A DNA stretch of 64,000 nt from an uncultured Nitrospirales bacterium (GTDB taxonomy: Bacteria; Nitrospirota; Nitrospiria; Nitrospirales; NS-4), in the NCBI GenBank assembly GCA_964542245.1, contig CAZITU010000003.1, forward strand, positions 17,888 through 81,887, given 5' to 3'. Made by a program: the position numbers and the translations under genes. Positions 16,866 to 27,112 of the stretch are shown here, one piece after another. Within the stretch, counting starts at the first letter, position 1; each line of letters starts with the position of its first letter. Below the pieces are notes generated by a model. It was given only the letters and a program-made list of their open reading frames with translations, ran no database searches and was not told the origin of the DNA.

Positions 16866-17762
16866 TTAAGATTTAACCGCCATGACGACCATCTTGTTCC
16901 GTAGCCAAGGAACCATCCCTATGGATCCCGCAATCAAATTGCTAACCCGCTGCGGCCAAGCGTTGCGCGATCCGTAGGCCGCATGTTTCCGGCTGCCGAA
17001 CTCTCGAACCGTTTGTTCTCGATAGAACCGGATGCCGTCGAAGCCCACGCGACGAAGCACAGTCGCCACCGCCCGGCGAGAGAAGTACCACCTATGAGCC
17101 GGATAATAGAGCGAGCGCAACAGGCTCACTCGGCCTCCGGTCACACGGTGCGCAAAGCGGACGAGCATCCGCGCAAGGCAGCCTTCATCAGGCGTCTCCA
17201 TGACCAGCGTTCCCCCGGTCCGCAGAAAGAGTCGCGCCTGACCAAGTAGCTCTTCGGGATCCTCGACATGCTCAATGACATCCCACAGTGCAATGAGGTC
17301 GAACGTGCTAGGGTCGAAGCCGGCCTTCTCCAAGGGAGCGCATACCACCGTCGCACCGGGACAGTTCCGGCGCGTCAGCTCAACCGCCTGCGCGCTGACA
17401 TCAAGGCCATGGACCACCCATCCATGCCGCAATGCAGCCTCCAGAAAGATGCCGCTCCCACAGCCGATTTCCAAAAGCCTGCTTCCAGCGCCGTTCCCAT
17501 TATTAAAGAGAGTCAGGTAACGCTCATACTTTTGAGCAAAGGCGCGACGGACCTCCGGGATCGTATAGACCTTCTCGTTCACCGCGTCCCCTTCCCAGTA
17601 CTCATCTGAAGTCGCAGAGGAGATCGTCCTCCGAAAAATCGCCCCACCACAACGCGCACAGGAGAACGGAATACCTCCCCACGCATATTTCTCGGTACAG
17701 ATTTGCCTGCTACCCCCAACAGCGCCGCAGTAGTAACAGGCTGAACCAGTGTTGACCGTCAT
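16866..17762 (-). CDS. class I SAM-dependent methyltransferase with N-terminal Cys4 ribbon
   Basis: CYYC...CARC followed by motif I LLEIGCGSGIF. Start at MTVNTGS (ATGA overlap with the upstream GT2 stop); the tracked 5' extension overlaps the GT2 gene. Confidence 0.85.
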   Translation of the reverse strand: MTVNTGSACYYCGAVGGSRQICTEKYAWGGIPFSCARCGGAIFRRTISSATSDEYWEGDAVNEKVYTIPEVRRAFAQKYERYLTLFNNGNGAGSRLLEIGCGSGIFLEAALRHGWVVHGLDVSAQAVELTRRNCPGATVVCAPLEKAGFDPSTFDLIALWDVIEHVEDPEELLGQARLFLRTGGTLVMETPDEGCLARMLVRFAHRVTGGRVSLLRSLYYPAHRWYFSRRAVATVLRRVGFDGIRFYREQTVREFGSRKHAAYGSRNAWPQRVSNLIAGSIGMVPWLRNKMVVMAVKS

Positions 17763-18910
17763 CGGCTGACCTTCTGCCAGGTAATGGCCTGCCGGCCTCG
17801 AAGAAACCGCCAGAATCCGACGGCTGCCGCGATGTTGACGGCGCAGAAATAGTACGGCACATAGACCGGCGTCCATCGTCGCGCGGCGGCACTGATCCAG
17901 CCCAGCCCCCCCAGAGCATAAAAGGCGACCTGCAAGGCTACAGCGCCAGCCAGCACCGGCTGCGCTTGAGCGGCGATCACGGACGATACCAAGGCAACGA
18001 TCAGGAACAGCGGCACCATCCAACGCATGAGCTTGTGGGAGAGTAGTTGAAACGTCACTTTGGGATACCGGAGCGGGTTCAAGAGATATCGGAAACGCCA
18101 CAGGGCCTCATATCCGCCGGCAACCATCCGGACCTTTCTCAGGAATTCGGCGCGCACGTCCGGAACGACCATCTCGATGCCGCGCGCGTCAGGCTCATAC
18201 ACTACCCGCTTGCCTTCTGAAATCACCTCCAATGCAAGGACGAAATCATCCACGATCGTATCCCGAGGCAGGGGGGAACATAACTCCCGACGGATGGAAA
18301 ATAACGCCCCGTCCGCTCCCACCATCGTCTGTACTCGACTGTCCAGCGCGTACAGCCACCGTTCATAACGCATGTACAATCCTTCCCCGAGCGGCTCGTG
18401 GCTCCCATCAGCCTGCAAGGCCACGTTTCCCGACACTCCCCCCACGGATGGGTCGCCGTAGCACGCGGCCATCGCCCGGATTGCCTTCGGCTCGAGCAGG
18501 ACATTGGCGTCCGTGAACACGAGGATTTCTCCCCGGGCCTCCGCCACACCGGCGTTCAATGCCGTGGGCTTGCCGCGGCGCGGATGATACAAGACGACGC
18601 GGACACGGTCTTTATACGCGTTTAAAATTTCATTCGTCCGGTCCGTTGAGCCATCCGAAACCGCGATCACCTCGAGTCGGTCACGCGGATAATCCCAGGA
18701 CAGGGTATCCTCTAATTTGCGGGACACCCACCTCTCTTCATCGTGAAATGGAATAATGACGGACACGCTGGGCAGGAGCGATTCGTCTTTCAAAGACTCG
18801 GTCGTTCTGGTTCTATCCTTCCCGATCGCCAACAGCAACAAAGGGTAGAGAAAATATGTATAGAGCAACGCAGCGCCGGCAAGGACGAATATGATCATCG
18901 CGAGACTCAT
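17759..18910 (-). CDS. GT2-family glycosyltransferase (membrane-associated)
   Basis: N-terminal TM helix, VSVIIPFHDEE, DGSTDRT, FTDANV, and C-terminal TM helices. Confidence 0.85.
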   Translation of the reverse strand: MSLAMIIFVLAGAALLYTYFLYPLLLLAIGKDRTRTTESLKDESLLPSVSVIIPFHDEERWVSRKLEDTLSWDYPRDRLEVIAVSDGSTDRTNEILNAYKDRVRVVLYHPRRGKPTALNAGVAEARGEILVFTDANVLLEPKAIRAMAACYGDPSVGGVSGNVALQADGSHEPLGEGLYMRYERWLYALDSRVQTMVGADGALFSIRRELCSPLPRDTIVDDFVLALEVISEGKRVVYEPDARGIEMVVPDVRAEFLRKVRMVAGGYEALWRFRYLLNPLRYPKVTFQLLSHKLMRWMVPLFLIVALVSSVIAAQAQPVLAGAVALQVAFYALGGLGWISAAARRWTPVYVPYYFCAVNIAAAVGFWRFLRGRQAITWQKVSR

Positions 18911-18916
18911 CGTCGT

Positions 18917-21235
18917 TCAGCCACGGTAGGTGTCCAGCAATTCCTTATATACCTCGACGATCTGCTGCGCCCGGCGCGATGGGGAGAACGTCTCACGGAC
19001 GCGTCGCTCTCCTAGTTCACCCAATTCTGCCCTCATAGTCGGATTGCGTGATGCTTCAATCATAGCCCGTGCGAGTGCCTGGGCATTACCCGGAGGCACC
19101 AGCCATTTGGATAACCCATCCTGCATCACTTCAGGGATACCACCCACTGCCGTCGCCACGACCGGCTTGCGATGGAGCATGGCCTCCAGAAGCACATTGG
19201 GCAACCCTTCGCTCAGAGACGGAATGACAACCAGATCCAGCGCGGCATAAACGCGCGACATCTCGGCATGGTAGCCGGCAAACTTGACACAGCCTTCCAG
19301 TCCTGCCGCCTTGACAGCGGCCTGTAACTTCTCCAATTCCTGCCCCTCGCCGATCAGCACCGCTCCGGCGTTCGGCACCGCGCGCGCCACTTCTGGAAAA
19401 GCCCGCACAAACACTTCTTGCCCCTTCTCAGGGCTCAAGCGACCGATCACGCCGACCAATAGATCGTGAGGTTGGACTCCACACCTGCGCCGAAACTCCT
19501 CCCTCCCCGCATCCAGGCAATAGTCGTTGGGATCAATCGCGTTGTAACTCACCCGGATGCGCTCCCGGGAAACACCGGCACGTTGAAGAAGCCGACCTGT
19601 CGCCTCGGAGACCACGACGACCCGATCGGCCCGCTTCATGAGCCAGAGGTCCAGATGGTTATAAAAAGCGACCCGCCGGTTCTCGCTGGTGTATCCGTGC
19701 GCAAAGGCGATCCACGGGAGTCCCGTCAGGCGCTTGAGGCACCACGCCAGCAGGGCCGGTTTGTAGCCGTGGGATTGCAGGACGGTCACATTGTGATCCC
19801 GAACAACCTTCCACACGTGTCGAATCAGCCATGGATCATACCGGAACCGCTGCGGCAAGATCCGGACCTCAAACCCCCGGCGTTGGGCCTCCTCGATGGA
19901 AGGAGTCGTTGCGAAGGAAGGGACGAGGAACATGCCTAGGATGAATCGAACATCCTTATCCTTGGCATGCTCGACCAGTTGGAATAACCCGCGGCATGGC
20001 CCGCTCACCGCACCGGTGGCGATCAGCGCAAGGACGGAGGGCCGGGAATACACGTGCGTGCATTCTTCATACACTCGTTCAAGTCGTTGAGCGATGCATT
20101 CCCACTTGTAGTGCGCTTCGACCAATCGCCGCCCGGCCATCCCCATACGTCTCCGCAAATCGGGGTTCTCCAGCAGCCTGAGTATGTCGTCGGCAAACTC
20201 TCGAGGACGATCAGCCATCAGAATGTCCTGCCCTGAAACGGCCGCTATACCCTCGGCTCCCACAGCGGTGCTGACTACCGCCTTGCCCATCGCCATCGCT
20301 TCCAGGATTTTCAGCCGCGTTCCTCCACCTACTCTCAGAGGAACGACGACGACCGCGGCGGCCTGAAGAAACGGCCGCACATCCTCGACGAATCCGGTGA
20401 CATCCACCCGGCCGGGCCTGGTCAAACGCTTGACCTCCTCCGTGGGATGGCCCCCGACAATCTGAAATACGACATCCGGTCGCTTCGCCTGGACGAGGGG
20501 AAGGACCTCCGCACAGAACCACCGCACTCCGTCCACATTGGCGTGGTAGTCCATCCGTCCCACAAAGACGAGCCGGTTGCTCGGTATTGTCCCCATCCCA
20601 TCCGGCGCAAAACCGTCCACATCCACGCCGTTGGGAATCACGCTCACGCGCTCGACACCCGCTTGCTCTTGCAGCAGGCGCCGATCCTCCTCCGAACATG
20701 TCAGGCAATGGGTAAACCGCCCGCACACGTCCCGCTCATAGGCGGCTAGTTTCCTCCATGTGACCTCGGCGTAGGCGCGCTTCAACGGATGTCGCTCCTG
20801 CTCGGCATAGCGTTTCATCAAGAGAGATTCGATGTTGTGCAGATCCAGGACCGTATGGCACGGCAAGCCCAGGCAATACTGGGCCACATGGAGGCTCTCG
20901 GCCTGGACCACGTCGAACGACCGCTTGGTGAGGATCTCCCGCAGAAGATCCGTCATGCGTTGATCCCGGTAGTTGACCACCGGGAACGCGGTCGGCCCGA
21001 CAAGACCAAGGAGCAACATCCATGGGGAATAGCGCGGATCACGCGGGAGCACCCATACATCCGCGCAATAGGCCCGCAGTGCCTCAATCGCTTGAGAATC
21101 CTCGGTAGTCCGCATGAAGGAGATAAGCGAGACCCTATGGCGCTGCGATAGATTCCGGATCAATGAAAACACACGGATCTTCCAGCCGTCGGTCGGCGGA
21201 TATGGCAGATTACCGGTAATGAACAGAATTTCCAT
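18917..21235 (-). CDS. fusion of two GT4 glycosyltransferase modules
   Basis: 772 aa. The N-terminal half begins ILFITGNLPYPPTDGWKIR, the pattern typical of PEP-CTERM/EpsH1-associated sugar transferases. Each half carries its own E-x7-E region (KILEAMAMGKAVVST and LLEAMLHRKPVVAT). Confidence 0.8.
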   Translation of the reverse strand: MEILFITGNLPYPPTDGWKIRVFSLIRNLSQRHRVSLISFMRTTEDSQAIEALRAYCADVWVLPRDPRYSPWMLLLGLVGPTAFPVVNYRDQRMTDLLREILTKRSFDVVQAESLHVAQYCLGLPCHTVLDLHNIESLLMKRYAEQERHPLKRAYAEVTWRKLAAYERDVCGRFTHCLTCSEEDRRLLQEQAGVERVSVIPNGVDVDGFAPDGMGTIPSNRLVFVGRMDYHANVDGVRWFCAEVLPLVQAKRPDVVFQIVGGHPTEEVKRLTRPGRVDVTGFVEDVRPFLQAAAVVVVPLRVGGGTRLKILEAMAMGKAVVSTAVGAEGIAAVSGQDILMADRPREFADDILRLLENPDLRRRMGMAGRRLVEAHYKWECIAQRLERVYEECTHVYSRPSVLALIATGAVSGPCRGLFQLVEHAKDKDVRFILGMFLVPSFATTPSIEEAQRRGFEVRILPQRFRYDPWLIRHVWKVVRDHNVTVLQSHGYKPALLAWCLKRLTGLPWIAFAHGYTSENRRVAFYNHLDLWLMKRADRVVVVSEATGRLLQRAGVSRERIRVSYNAIDPNDYCLDAGREEFRRRCGVQPHDLLVGVIGRLSPEKGQEVFVRAFPEVARAVPNAGAVLIGEGQELEKLQAAVKAAGLEGCVKFAGYHAEMSRVYAALDLVVIPSLSEGLPNVLLEAMLHRKPVVATAVGGIPEVMQDGLSKWLVPPGNAQALARAMIEASRNPTMRAELGELGERRVRETFSPSRRAQQIVEVYKELLDTYRG

Positions 21236-22386
21236 TACCCGCCACCGTCCTTGCTTGTTTCCGGATCAGCTTCTTCAGCAGTCTTCTTTCGAGCGCGTAA
21301 CCGGTACAGCAGTCCTTTGGGCCAATCCAAAAACAACCGCTCTCCGTACGGCAAGCTCCGCTCGACCGCCCGGAAGGTTTGATACCGAACCGGGCTGAAG
21401 ACATAGTCCGCGTAGCCGTACCAGGAGACGATCTCGGCTCCCAAGCTTCGCTTGAACTGATACACTCCATAGCCCTTGTCGGTCTCTTTGGGAGGATAAC
21501 TGGTGCCGGTTCCGGCAAAATCATAGGTGGCGCACCCTAGCCCGATGGCCCACCGAATCATTTCCCACTGGACCGCCCAGCCGGCGTACTTCATGGAGTA
21601 ATCGCTGCTGAGATAGAGCAGCAACCCGACCGGGCCGAACCGCGAGGACATTCCGGCCGCAACCGGCTCGCCATCCTTACGCGCGATGAACAGGCGGCCC
21701 ATACCGCTCTTCTCCAGAGTCCAGAACAACGTATGAAAGTGACCCAATCCTCTAACCGGAATGCGCTTCTTGGCCCCCGTGTTCATCATCAGCCGATACA
21801 AGGTCTCAACATCCCGGTCGTCATGCCCCACCTCAATTGCCAAACCCCGTTTCTTGGAATGTCGAATCTTGTTGCGCGTCCTGGAACTGATCCGTGACAA
21901 AACGGCCGCTTCGCCGCCACTGATATCAAGGTGCATGTCATACTTCGGCCGATTCCAATAGGACCACTCTTGCGGGATGCGACGGAAACCTGCATGCTCG
22001 ATCCAGTCACCTCCTTCCGAGTCATCCGCCCGCACCCGTGGCTCGATCCGCCAAAAGACGCCCCCAACCCTCCGTGCGATTTCTCGAACGGCCGAGACCA
22101 GGACCGGAAGCACATTTTCCATGGGCGTGCCCGCGGACTGCGCCATCAACGGCCCGACGGGCGAATACAGCAGCGAGCCGACCCCGCCGGGGAGACGTTT
22201 GACCAATACCAATGCGGCTCCCACCCATCCGGCCTCATCAGCCACGGCCACGTAATACGGCTCCCATCCTTGGACCTTCCGAATCTGTCCCCACTCGTAG
22301 GACTGGTACAAACTTGAACCCTGTTGAGCAGAAACAAAGGCGTTCCAGTTCTCCCGCTCCGGATTCTGTACTAAGGCAAGGCTCAT
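21235..22386 (-). CDS. FemAB-family protein (PEP-CTERM-locus type)
   Basis: TRNKIRHSKKRGL and the C-terminal WEMIRWAIGLGCATYDFAGTG ... YQFKRSLG pattern, typical of Fem/MurM-like aminoacyl transferases. Confidence 0.75.
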   Translation of the reverse strand: MSLALVQNPERENWNAFVSAQQGSSLYQSYEWGQIRKVQGWEPYYVAVADEAGWVGAALVLVKRLPGGVGSLLYSPVGPLMAQSAGTPMENVLPVLVSAVREIARRVGGVFWRIEPRVRADDSEGGDWIEHAGFRRIPQEWSYWNRPKYDMHLDISGGEAAVLSRISSRTRNKIRHSKKRGLAIEVGHDDRDVETLYRLMMNTGAKKRIPVRGLGHFHTLFWTLEKSGMGRLFIARKDGEPVAAGMSSRFGPVGLLLYLSSDYSMKYAGWAVQWEMIRWAIGLGCATYDFAGTGTSYPPKETDKGYGVYQFKRSLGAEIVSWYGYADYVFSPVRYQTFRAVERSLPYGERLFLDWPKGLLYRLRARKKTAEEADPETSKDGGG

Positions 22387-24716
22387 CGTATGCCTCTCAT
22401 CACCTCGCGGAGATGGTACGCTGTCGCCTCCAGATGCTCTGGCTCAAGATCTTGGTGCACTTGCAACTCCAGGACGTGCTTGCGGAGGAAGGCAGTGTCC
22501 GGAAACTCTTCAACCGGCACACCTGGCGGGAACCAATTCCAAAAGCCTCCCGCGCAGATACCTCGCTCAATCAGCGCATTGCAGACCTGCTGGTTGTCCT
22601 CCACCAAGACCGGTAGAAACAGGGGACAGACCCCATCCGGCAACGTGGGCTGAAGGAGGGTCACGCCGCGAATCCCTCGCACCATTTCCAGCAAGGCCAG
22701 GTAATTCTCTCGACGCTTTCCGTAGAGCGTCTCGTAGTCCACACGCTCCAGAATTCTCCCAGACACCGGCGCCATCCCCCAGTCCACTTTGTCCGGCAGG
22801 AACTGCATGACCCCGGAGTCCACCCGTCTGAGCCCGGCCAGGCGCACCAACCGCCGCGCGGTCAGGGTGACCGAACTCTGCACCCGGCACGCCCAGGGAT
22901 TGCCGTGCGTCTTCATATGCTCCAACAACTTGCTGGTCAATTGGCTCGCCACGGAGTATCGAGAAGGCGGGATGGTCGCAGGGGGCATGACGAGCTTCGG
23001 ATCATTAAGGACTAAGACGCCGCCATTGGGGACCGGCAGGAACTTGGCCAGGCAGAATATGGCCACATCGCCGAACGAGCCAAGGGGCCGCCCGTTCACC
23101 GAGCTCCCGAATGCCAGGGCACAATCTTCGAACAACAGTAACCCGCGATCCCGACATAACGTCTCAATCTCGTCCATCGGCTGAGAGAAACCAAGGTAAT
23201 GAATGACATACACCATGCGGGTTCGTGCCGTGATCTTCTCCGTCAGGTCCTTGAGGTCCAACCCCATCTGCCGATCCACATGGACATACCGAAGTGGAAT
23301 GCCCCGATGCTGAAACGGCGCCACCTCCATCCCGTTGTTGTACGCCGGCATCAGGACTTCGTCGTTCTGCGTAAGTCCCAGCAGATCAATGGCATGCCAG
23401 ATGCCGTTCCGGGCGAAGTAATAAAACGCGGTTCGTGGGTCGTCCAGCGGAAACGGCCTGGGTTTCGCCCAACGGGGCCCCCACAGATCCCGAGTGGCCG
23501 TCGAGGGGAAGAACGGCACGAATCGTGTATCCGTCGCCTGTTTTACAGAGCCCTGTTTGTTGCGCTGAGCGCCTCGCACCATCTGCACCACCGCCTCGGG
23601 GAGTATCACCTTCGCCGCTTGACGAAGACGGCGCGCACCTTCCGTGGTCGCATGGTGCACCCATGCTCCGGTGTACCGGCGGGAGGCGGTCACGGTCACC
23701 TGGCCCCTCGCCCGATTTGCCCAACGGGATTTATACCCCTCGGCACCTCGCAAGAGGTCCACCTCGCGATCTCCCTTGAGAATGGCCTGTTCCACGCAGT
23801 GGCTCAGCAGGATCAGGCCCACGCTGTATTTGTGCCACCGCGGGTCATGGCCCGGCAGGTAATCGTGGACGCGCCCTCGATAAGCAAACTGATAGCGAGC
23901 CGCGACCGTGCCGCCGTCGGCATCCAGAAGCCACAATCGCAACCACCCCCGCTCGGCAAACCGGCGGCTCACAAGAAGGTGAAAGCGCTCGTACCGTTCG
24001 TCCGCAAAACTCCCCTGCTCGCCCAAACTTTCCCGTCTCATCTGATGGAGCCTCATGAACGAGGCCATCGCCTCCTCAAGACGATCCGTGTCCGTTACGG
24101 CTCGTACGGCCACCTTGGCCACGTCCTCAAGTGTCCGGCGATCGTGCCGGATCTCGCGCCTCGTCTTCGCGCTCAGTCCGGCAAGGAAGACGTCCCAGGA
24201 AGCTGGGAGCGAAATAAACGGGCAGGACTCTTCCAGGCGCTCTGTCCAGCGCAGCGTCTCTCCCCAAAGGTCCGGCCCCCGGCGAATCGCTCCGCATAAG
24301 AGACCTTCGGGATCCAGGTCTGCAAACTCCAGCGAGTCCCATTCCCCTTGATGCTCCTTGATCGCCGATTGCCACGCAGCGACGACTCGGCCCTCATACC
24401 CTGCTTCAGCCAGGCCGTCCAAATGGTCCGAGCACACCGCCGTGGACCCCAACAGGCGGAGCTGCCGGGGAAAAGGGTCCCCAGGGCGAGCCGCCGGCCC
24501 CGTAATCAAGGTCGGGAGCAGCCCTATCAGGCGATTGCCTTCACGTACGGCCACAAGAAAGAGACCGCCGCCCTCCCCGTACACCTCCCACCACGCGAGC
24601 ATCCACTCCGAGGTGAGAAAGACGGCATGCGGCCGGCAGCGGTCGAGCAGCGCGTCCCACTCCCGCCGCAAGCGTTCCAACTGTTCACTGGTCCTGACAA
24701 TCTCAACCGACAACAT
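22383..24716 (-). CDS. fusion: CelD/BioF2-like GNAT domain + DegT/DnrJ/EryC1-type PLP aminotransferase domain
   Basis: N-half: KTRREIRHDRR ... YQFAYRGRVHDYLPGHDPRWHKYSVGLILL ... DLLRGAEGYKSRWAN. C-half: aminotransferase-like with CLAKFLPVPNGG (candidate PLP lysine). Start at the ATG at 24716 (TAATG junction). Confidence 0.7.
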   Translation of the reverse strand: MLSVEIVRTSEQLERLRREWDALLDRCRPHAVFLTSEWMLAWWEVYGEGGGLFLVAVREGNRLIGLLPTLITGPAARPGDPFPRQLRLLGSTAVCSDHLDGLAEAGYEGRVVAAWQSAIKEHQGEWDSLEFADLDPEGLLCGAIRRGPDLWGETLRWTERLEESCPFISLPASWDVFLAGLSAKTRREIRHDRRTLEDVAKVAVRAVTDTDRLEEAMASFMRLHQMRRESLGEQGSFADERYERFHLLVSRRFAERGWLRLWLLDADGGTVAARYQFAYRGRVHDYLPGHDPRWHKYSVGLILLSHCVEQAILKGDREVDLLRGAEGYKSRWANRARGQVTVTASRRYTGAWVHHATTEGARRLRQAAKVILPEAVVQMVRGAQRNKQGSVKQATDTRFVPFFPSTATRDLWGPRWAKPRPFPLDDPRTAFYYFARNGIWHAIDLLGLTQNDEVLMPAYNNGMEVAPFQHRGIPLRYVHVDRQMGLDLKDLTEKITARTRMVYVIHYLGFSQPMDEIETLCRDRGLLLFEDCALAFGSSVNGRPLGSFGDVAIFCLAKFLPVPNGGVLVLNDPKLVMPPATIPPSRYSVASQLTSKLLEHMKTHGNPWACRVQSSVTLTARRLVRLAGLRRVDSGVMQFLPDKVDWGMAPVSGRILERVDYETLYGKRRENYLALLEMVRGIRGVTLLQPTLPDGVCPLFLPVLVEDNQQVCNALIERGICAGGFWNWFPPGVPVEEFPDTAFLRKHVLELQVHQDLEPEHLEATAYHLREVMRGIR

Positions 24717-25753
24717 TACCGTTCCCACCCGCCGAACAACCCGACCAATTGCGCGGCGAACATGGCCAGCGAAAACCGACCGAAGGGATCAGTACAACCT
24801 GCGTCGTTGATCTCAAGCCGACGCAGCGCGTACGCGTCGTGCCCCACGGGATTGGCCCCCCGCACCGTCGTGCAGGCCGTTTCAAACCCGGCCTGCTTGA
24901 CCATCTCCTGAATCTCCGGGTTCCAATCAGACCGAGTCCCGTTCGGATAGGCGAAGTGACGCACCGGTTCGCCGACCTCCTTCTCGATCCGGCGCTTGGA
25001 TTCGGCGATCTCCCACTCTGCCTCGGCACGAGTGATCCTCGTCAAGATCTTATGCGACACCGTGTGGGCGCCGATGGCGATCCCCGCCTTCCGCATCTCT
25101 CTCGCCATTTCCCAGGTCAGCATCTCCGTCTGAGGCTTTGCGGGCCCCTTCCACTCCAGCGCCTCCATGATGTCATGCATCACCTGCTGCCGCGCGCCAT
25201 CCGGCATCGTTTTCAGTCGGCCCTTTACCGCCTTCAGGCACGCCAAGCGGTCCGGTTCCGTCCGCAGAGGCCACGATTCCCATCCCAAGAATTTCAGGTC
25301 CACCGATTCCCGTGCCGTGGCCCACAACGCCTCACGGAGCTCTTCGGTCCAGAGCGACGCGTTTCCATCCACCGCCCCGACGGCCAGAAAGATCGTTGCC
25401 GGGATTTTGTGTCGTGTAAGGGCGGGTAAAGCCCTTGTGTAATTGTCACGATACCCGTCGTCGAACGTAACGGCGACCCCTCCCCGAAAGAGGCCTTCTC
25501 CTCTGAGCATCCGACCGACTTGCTCGAGCGGGACCATGTGATGCCTTTGAGTCAAATACCGAACCTGGGCCTCAAAGACCGCCGCCGAGACCGTCATGCC
25601 GTCGTCAACCCGGATATCACTGACGCGGTGGAATACCAGGATTCTCAACGAATCCCGCTTCGTCCGTTCAAGAAGGCGTAATACCCCCGTCCAGCGAAGC
25701 GTTTCGCTGACTACCCATTTGAGTGCGTTTCGGAGGCGGAAGGAGAGGGTCAC
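24716..25753 (-). CDS. polysaccharide deacetylase (NodB homology)
   Basis: ILVFHRV ... VAVTFDDGYRDNY ... IGAHTVSH motifs. GTG start directly after the upstream stop. Confidence 0.85.
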   Translation of the reverse strand: MTLSFRLRNALKWVVSETLRWTGVLRLLERTKRDSLRILVFHRVSDIRVDDGMTVSAAVFEAQVRYLTQRHHMVPLEQVGRMLRGEGLFRGGVAVTFDDGYRDNYTRALPALTRHKIPATIFLAVGAVDGNASLWTEELREALWATARESVDLKFLGWESWPLRTEPDRLACLKAVKGRLKTMPDGARQQVMHDIMEALEWKGPAKPQTEMLTWEMAREMRKAGIAIGAHTVSHKILTRITRAEAEWEIAESKRRIEKEVGEPVRHFAYPNGTRSDWNPEIQEMVKQAGFETACTTVRGANPVGHDAYALRRLEINDAGCTDPFGRFSLAMFAAQLVGLFGGWER

Positions 25754-27082
25754 TTAGGCATTGACCTCACACACGGCGTAACGAAATTTGCCGCCGCTTG
25801 TCCGGGGAATCTCGGCGACATATTCAACGTGAACCGGGATCTTACACTCGCGCGAGATCGTGTCCCGTACGCGAGCAACCTCTTCATCGCTTCTCTCATC
25901 AAACACGGCGCCCTTCACGATATACAGATGCAGAAGATCCTTCCTCGACTGCCGAAATTGAAACCGCTCGACGCTTCGGATCCCGTTCATGTGCGCGATC
26001 AGAATCTGGCCGTGAACGACCCGTCCGTCGGGCAGGGGAAATACATCGGCTGCCCGTCCTATCAGTCCTTCGAGCACCGGGAACGGAAGCCCGCACGAAC
26101 ATTTGTCGCCGGTCGAGAGCGCCACATCGCCGACTTCGTACCGCAACAACGGCATCCCGTAGGCGTGAAGAGGGGTCAGCACGATTCGCTTCATGTCGGT
26201 CCCTGGAGGTCCGTCCACAAGTTCGGGGACCAGAAGATCGGTGCTCAGGTGCAAGCCTCCCTGACGACATTCGGCCGCGATCGGATGCACTTCGCTGCTT
26301 CCATACACGTTATGCACTTTGGCGTTGAACGCCTGTTCGATGAGCTCTCTTTGACCGCTCTGCAACATCTCACCGTTTGTAAAAACAGCCTGAATGCCGC
26401 GGATCCTGGCTCCTCTATCGGCAAGATGTTTCGCAAAATGCGCGACGGCCGACGGGAACCCGTGAACAAACTTCGGCCGGAACTGCTGAAAGGCTTCGAT
26501 CCAATGATCAATTGTTTGGCCGGACATTTCGTGGACATCAAACAACTGCCGCCGGGTGATCCACCAATTCAGCCGCTTGGCCAGCCTCGTCATCCGATCC
26601 TGCGACCAATACTCCCGCCAGACCCAAGCAATCTTATCCCCCGGAGCCCAGCCTCCCCAGCGCCAGGCCCGCCAAGACCCGGCCATCCGCCACTCCTCAT
26701 ATTCATGTTCCCGGAGAAAACGGAGGGGTTCCCCGGTTGAGCCGCTGGTTGTCGTGTCCGCCAAGCGCGAAGGGGGGAAGGCCGAGGAGCGAAAGGCTTC
26801 GGTCCCGCGCTCGCGAATGATGGCCTTCGTCAAGATCGGAAGCGCTGCGTAATCACGAAGGCTCCGAACGTCTTGCGGGGTGATCTTCTCGCGCTCGAAA
26901 AGCTCCCGGTAGTAGGGCACCGTCGCATAGGCATGCGCGAGAAGGGCTTGCAGCTTCTCCAACTGCATCCGAGCGACAGCCTCAGTTGCAAGCTGTTCGT
27001 CGGCTTGCAATCGCCGGTCAAAGCGATAGCGCGAGTGCCCGGATGCCAAGCAGGCGAGCCTGATCACTGTATCCCAGCCCAT
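25754..27082 (-). CDS. PaaK/CapK-like adenylate-forming ligase
   Basis: TSGSTGEP AMP-binding motif and overall phenylacetate-CoA ligase / CapK-like layout. Confidence 0.8.
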   Translation of the reverse strand: MGWDTVIRLACLASGHSRYRFDRRLQADEQLATEAVARMQLEKLQALLAHAYATVPYYRELFEREKITPQDVRSLRDYAALPILTKAIIRERGTEAFRSSAFPPSRLADTTTSGSTGEPLRFLREHEYEEWRMAGSWRAWRWGGWAPGDKIAWVWREYWSQDRMTRLAKRLNWWITRRQLFDVHEMSGQTIDHWIEAFQQFRPKFVHGFPSAVAHFAKHLADRGARIRGIQAVFTNGEMLQSGQRELIEQAFNAKVHNVYGSSEVHPIAAECRQGGLHLSTDLLVPELVDGPPGTDMKRIVLTPLHAYGMPLLRYEVGDVALSTGDKCSCGLPFPVLEGLIGRAADVFPLPDGRVVHGQILIAHMNGIRSVERFQFRQSRKDLLHLYIVKGAVFDERSDEEVARVRDTISRECKIPVHVEYVAEIPRTSGGKFRYAVCEVNA

Positions 27083-27112
27083 AAGCTCTCTAGCCCTTCA
27101 CTTCATCCTGCT

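Noticed and set aside
23199-24299. 366-aa plus-strand ORF opposite the GNAT-DegT fusion gene. Similar long antisense ORFs occur at 5841-6755, 7353-8027, 25829-26740, 26873-27715, 57000-57806, 58330-58965, 58881-59660 and 59891-60763
   Set aside because: All overlap confidently assigned genes on the other strand and have Arg/Pro/Gly-rich translations without recognisable domains.
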